A stretch of DNA of 64,000 bases from Selaginella moellendorffii (Eukaryota; Plantae; Lycopodiophyta). Under the pieces are notes generated by a model. That model saw only the letters and a program-made list of their open reading frames with translations, searched no databases and was not told the origin of the DNA. Below, piece after piece: positions 60,862 to 64,000 of the stretch (positions are counted from its first letter, which is position 1; each line of letters opens with the position of its first letter). The stretch is taken from the NCBI RefSeq assembly GCF_000143415.4, contig NW_003314283.1, forward strand, positions 1,850,330-1,914,329, in the 5' to 3' direction. The translations under genes were made by a program, and so were the position numbers.

Positions 60862-62960
60862 TGTTAGGCGCCAGCTTTGACTACGTGGTCAACGTCAGTC
60901 AAAGGGAGGCTCAAGGGTATATTAAGGCATGTTAGGGGAAGGGACTTAACCTACCCTAGGGCTCACAGTGGAGCGGCGGCGCAGTGGAGCTTTTGAGGTA
61001 GTTCGGGGGTGGTTGGGTGGTGAGGAACCTCAAACGGTGGCGTAGCATAGTCTAGGGCAACTAGATCTTTGTCTTTTTGCGCCGGATCATAACATTGGTA
61101 TCAGAGGATTGGTTGCGATGGCCGACCAAGCTGAACGCTGGAATCCTATTGTCGATGGTGGTGCTGACGATGGTGCCGACAAAGCTGCGGAGATTTGGAC
61201 CATTCAAGATGTGGTTCATGAGCTGCGAGCCCTTAATAAAAATCAGCAAGAGATGCAAGACGAGATGCATGGCATGATGGATACCATGCGTGGGCGTGTT
61301 GAGGCACTCGAGGCTGGACGGGGTAGTGCTCCAAGTAAGCCTTCTTTGGTAGATCGACTCAAGATTCCAACCTTTTCCGGTGATGGTGGTGTGGACAAGT
61401 GTCTTGCTTGGCTAGCTAATGTGAAGAAGTTCTTGGCTGCTAGAGGAACTCCAAATGCAGAGGCTTTAGTGGCTATTCCAATGGTTTTGTGTGATGTGGG
61501 TCTTCGATGGTGGAATTGGCTTGAGGAGTCCCGTGTTGCGGATAAGAAACCACCAGTGTCTACCATGGATGAGTTTGAGGCTGCTTTCCGTTTATGTTTT
61601 GCCCCTCATTACGACGTGGAGAATGCTCGTATAGAACTTTGCCATTTCCAGCAAGGGAAAATGACACTCGGGGATTATATTGAAAAGCTTACTCGCTTGA
61701 TTAGTCGTGTTCCAACAAAGGATCCAGATCAGAACAAGTCCTACTTCATTGATGGCCTACATAGTGAGAGCATGCGGCAACACTTGCGTCATTCTCAGCC
61801 TACAAAGAGTTTGGAGGAGCTCTTTGATGCAGCTCGTCGACTTGACAATGACAAGCACAAGTCTCGCAAGCGGTCACGGAGTCCTTCTGTCGAGAATCGT
61901 CGTGATGATGGCCGTGGACATAAGGATGGGAACAAGCATCACAAGTTGAAGTCAGTGGTGACTACCTCGGATGCAAAGGGGTCCAAGAAGCAGAAGTTCT
62001 TTGTGAAGAATTATAGACAGGGTTGTCATCATTGCGGCGAACTTGGACACTATAAGGCTGATTGTCCACAGTTGAAGAACAAGCAGCAGGACAAGAAGAA
62101 TGGCCAATCTTCTTCTCACGGTAAGTCCGATACTAAAAAGTTGCAAACTTTGCAGCGTGAGGATGAGGAGAACGACCATTCCGGTCGGAGGAAGCGACTT
62201 TCGATCGTTGCTCGTCAGCTCAACTGTGTGTGGAACAAGATGGAGCTCGAGGATAAGCGTGAATCAGCTTTAATGCTGGAGGGCGTGTTCCGTGGCGATC
62301 CAGTGCGGATTTTACTGGATAGTGGGAGCGATGACAACTTTGTTTCGGCAAAGTTTGTTGCGGAGCATGGCCTGGTCACACGTGGAGTTCTTCCATACAC
62401 AGTGGAAGGTGCAGCCACCTCTACTCAACATTTCGATGCTTGTGTCGAGGGGCTGGAAGTGTTGGTTGGCAAAACCACACTTGTGAAGACTTTTTATCTC
62501 GCGGATATCCATCGTGTGGATCTCATTCTTGGGATGCCATGGTTGGTGAAGGTGGATCCAAAGATAAAGTGGAGCATTAAGCGTATCTCGCTGGAGTATG
62601 GTGGCGTTAAAGATGTGTGGTTTGGCGAGGGCGTTCAACCACCAGTTGTTATGCTCTCTGCTACATCTTTGAAGCGGGCTTGTCGTAATGGAAAAGCACT
62701 TTCAAGTTACTTGCTGTTTATTCGTGACTTGGGGGAGAAGTAGTACCGGTCTACCAAACCTTGGTTCTCCCTCTAGATCCACCATGTTGAATATTCCTTT
62801 AGAATATTCTTGCCCCACTCGTCAGCCACGAGAATCGAACTGGGCTCCGATACCATTGTTAGGATCCTATCCCTTACACCCTAAGCCAACTGGCTAAAGA
62901 GGTGATCACTTGATTGCAGGGCCCTTTCCTTACCCTATTATCTTGACCTGGTGCCTAACA
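60862..62960. mobile_element. Gypsy/TRIM fusion bounded by LTR-B (+) and an inverted LTR-A (-)
   Basis: TSD AACGT at 60857-60861 and 62961-62965; LTR-B 60862-61094 with PBS; inverted TRIM 5' half 62748-62856; LTR-A 62857-62960. Confidence 0.9.
61118..62743 (+). CDS. gag: Gypsy gag plus protease (open frame, truncated before RT)
   Basis: Retrotransposon gag, CCHC knuckle, LLDSGSDDNFV. Confidence 0.88.
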   Translation: MADQAERWNPIVDGGADDGADKAAEIWTIQDVVHELRALNKNQQEMQDEMHGMMDTMRGRVEALEAGRGSAPSKPSLVDRLKIPTFSGDGGVDKCLAWLANVKKFLAARGTPNAEALVAIPMVLCDVGLRWWNWLEESRVADKKPPVSTMDEFEAAFRLCFAPHYDVENARIELCHFQQGKMTLGDYIEKLTRLISRVPTKDPDQNKSYFIDGLHSESMRQHLRHSQPTKSLEELFDAARRLDNDKHKSRKRSRSPSVENRRDDGRGHKDGNKHHKLKSVVTTSDAKGSKKQKFFVKNYRQGCHHCGELGHYKADCPQLKNKQQDKKNGQSSSHGKSDTKKLQTLQREDEENDHSGRRKRLSIVARQLNCVWNKMELEDKRESALMLEGVFRGDPVRILLDSGSDDNFVSAKFVAEHGLVTRGVLPYTVEGAATSTQHFDACVEGLEVLVGKTTLVKTFYLADIHRVDLILGMPWLVKVDPKIKWSIKRISLEYGGVKDVWFGEGVQPPVVMLSATSLKRACRNGKALSSYLLFIRDLGEK

Positions 62961-63203
62961 AACGTCTTCCTTCTCTAGCGGCCATACATCTCCCGAACAC
63001 AGCCTGCAAGACCTGTGGCGCCATAGAAACACAGTGACACATCTTATGGGAGTGCCCGGCAGCACAGGAAGTATGGGAATGTGCAGTAGCTGTACTCAAA
63101 AGAACATCAACCGGAGGAGCTGCAATCACATACGAATCAGCACTTTGGGGTAGCTTCATCCAGGGAAAAACAAAGAATCCTGATGGTTGGAAGTGGAGAC
63201 ACA

Positions 63204-63234
63204 TAGGGTTTAGGGTTTAGGGTTTAGGGTTTAG
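63204..63234 (+). repeat. Interstitial telomeric repeat, ~4 copies of TTTAGGG
   Basis: tagggtttagggtttagggtttagggtttag at a LINE breakpoint. Confidence 0.9.
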
Positions 63235-64000
63235 ACCAGACCTCCAACATGGGGCACAGAGCTGGGTTTCAAATGGCTGAACACGGAGGAGACCACCCGC
63301 TACCTTGGCTTCCAAGTCGGATGCCAGTATGATCAAGAACCTCAGAACCAAAAAGTAGTTACAAAACTAAGGGATCAACTCAAGTTCTGGGCGAGCAGAA
63401 AACTATCATTCTCAGCACGCTGTGTGGTGGCTAACAGCATCCTGCTTGGAGCGATATGGTTCCTGGCAGCATGCTTGGTTTGGTCCAGATTGATCGTCTC
63501 ACTCGCGGCCCGCCTGGACACGCTGATCAAAGGAGGCGTGGAAGGGAAGATAGCGAAGGAGAAGGAGCAGCATAGGAAGTATGGGAAGGTGCAGCAGCGG
63601 TACTCAAACAAACAACAACCGGAGGAGCGGCAATCACATACGAATCAGCACTCTGGGGTAGCGTCATCCAGGGAAAAACAAAGAATCCTGATGCTTGGAA
63701 GTGGAGACACAACGAGGCCCCACACTTTGATCAACTCAACCAAACTCGGACACACATTAAGCATCTCTACCAGGAGCTCTTTGACGCGCTTCGGGGATGT
63801 ACACTAGCAGAGATATGGAAGGCTCGCTGTGCCAGGCTGTTCGAAGACACGGACCCCTCGGCTCGAGCAACTATCTCAAAGGTTTGGTCCAGATTGATCG
63901 TCTCACTCGCGGCCCACCTGGACACGCTGATCAAATGAGGCGTGGAAGGGAAGATAGCGAAGGAGAAGGAGCTGTGGCCGTTTTTTAGAGAAAGAAGCAA

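Larger units (their letters stand above)
59400..64000 (+). mobile_element. Scrambled, duplicated L1-type LINE ORF2 3' fragments (zf-RVT region and post-RT region)
   Basis: WSAKNRYLMW...C..C...ET..HILWECP (zf-RVT) duplicated at 59400-60154 and 60305-63203; RYLGF...W..RKLSF.AR.VVAN at 63290-63480. Confidence 0.85.

Overview
A repeat-dense eukaryotic window, most likely from a non-seed land plant (TTTAGGG telomere tracts, tRNA-iMet PBS, a Cassandra TRIM, 47-56 nt introns; the taxon is an inference). It is almost entirely nested transposable elements. Main result: a complete 12.7-kb cut-and-paste DNA transposon at 3729-16473 with 27-bp TIRs and a 4-bp TCTT TSD. It encodes a Sola1-like DDD transposase and, divergently, a large multi-exon gene combining a ParB/Srx-like domain, a degenerate beta-class amino-methyltransferase-like fold and an FCP1/NIF HAD-phosphatase-like domain. 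It is studded with at least 27 copies of a 22-bp palindrome (ATGGCGTGAGGCCTCACGCCAT) that also occupy its tiny introns. This element is inserted into the catalytic motif of an N4C/N6A DNA-methyltransferase-like gene carried by a second, Mutator-like family (three MTase copies in the window). Also present: three TSD-flanked chimeras of an autonomous Ty3/Gypsy element and a TRIM (one with inverted heterologous LTR ends), a triple-LTR Cassandra, a large tandem-repeat LTR plus its solo copy, degenerate L1-type LINEs, one apparently intact Crinkler-like REase+kinase gene, and a 26S rDNA 3' fragment with probable IGS subrepeats next to interstitial telomere tracts. Domain calls come from motif recognition by eye and need HMM or structure confirmation.
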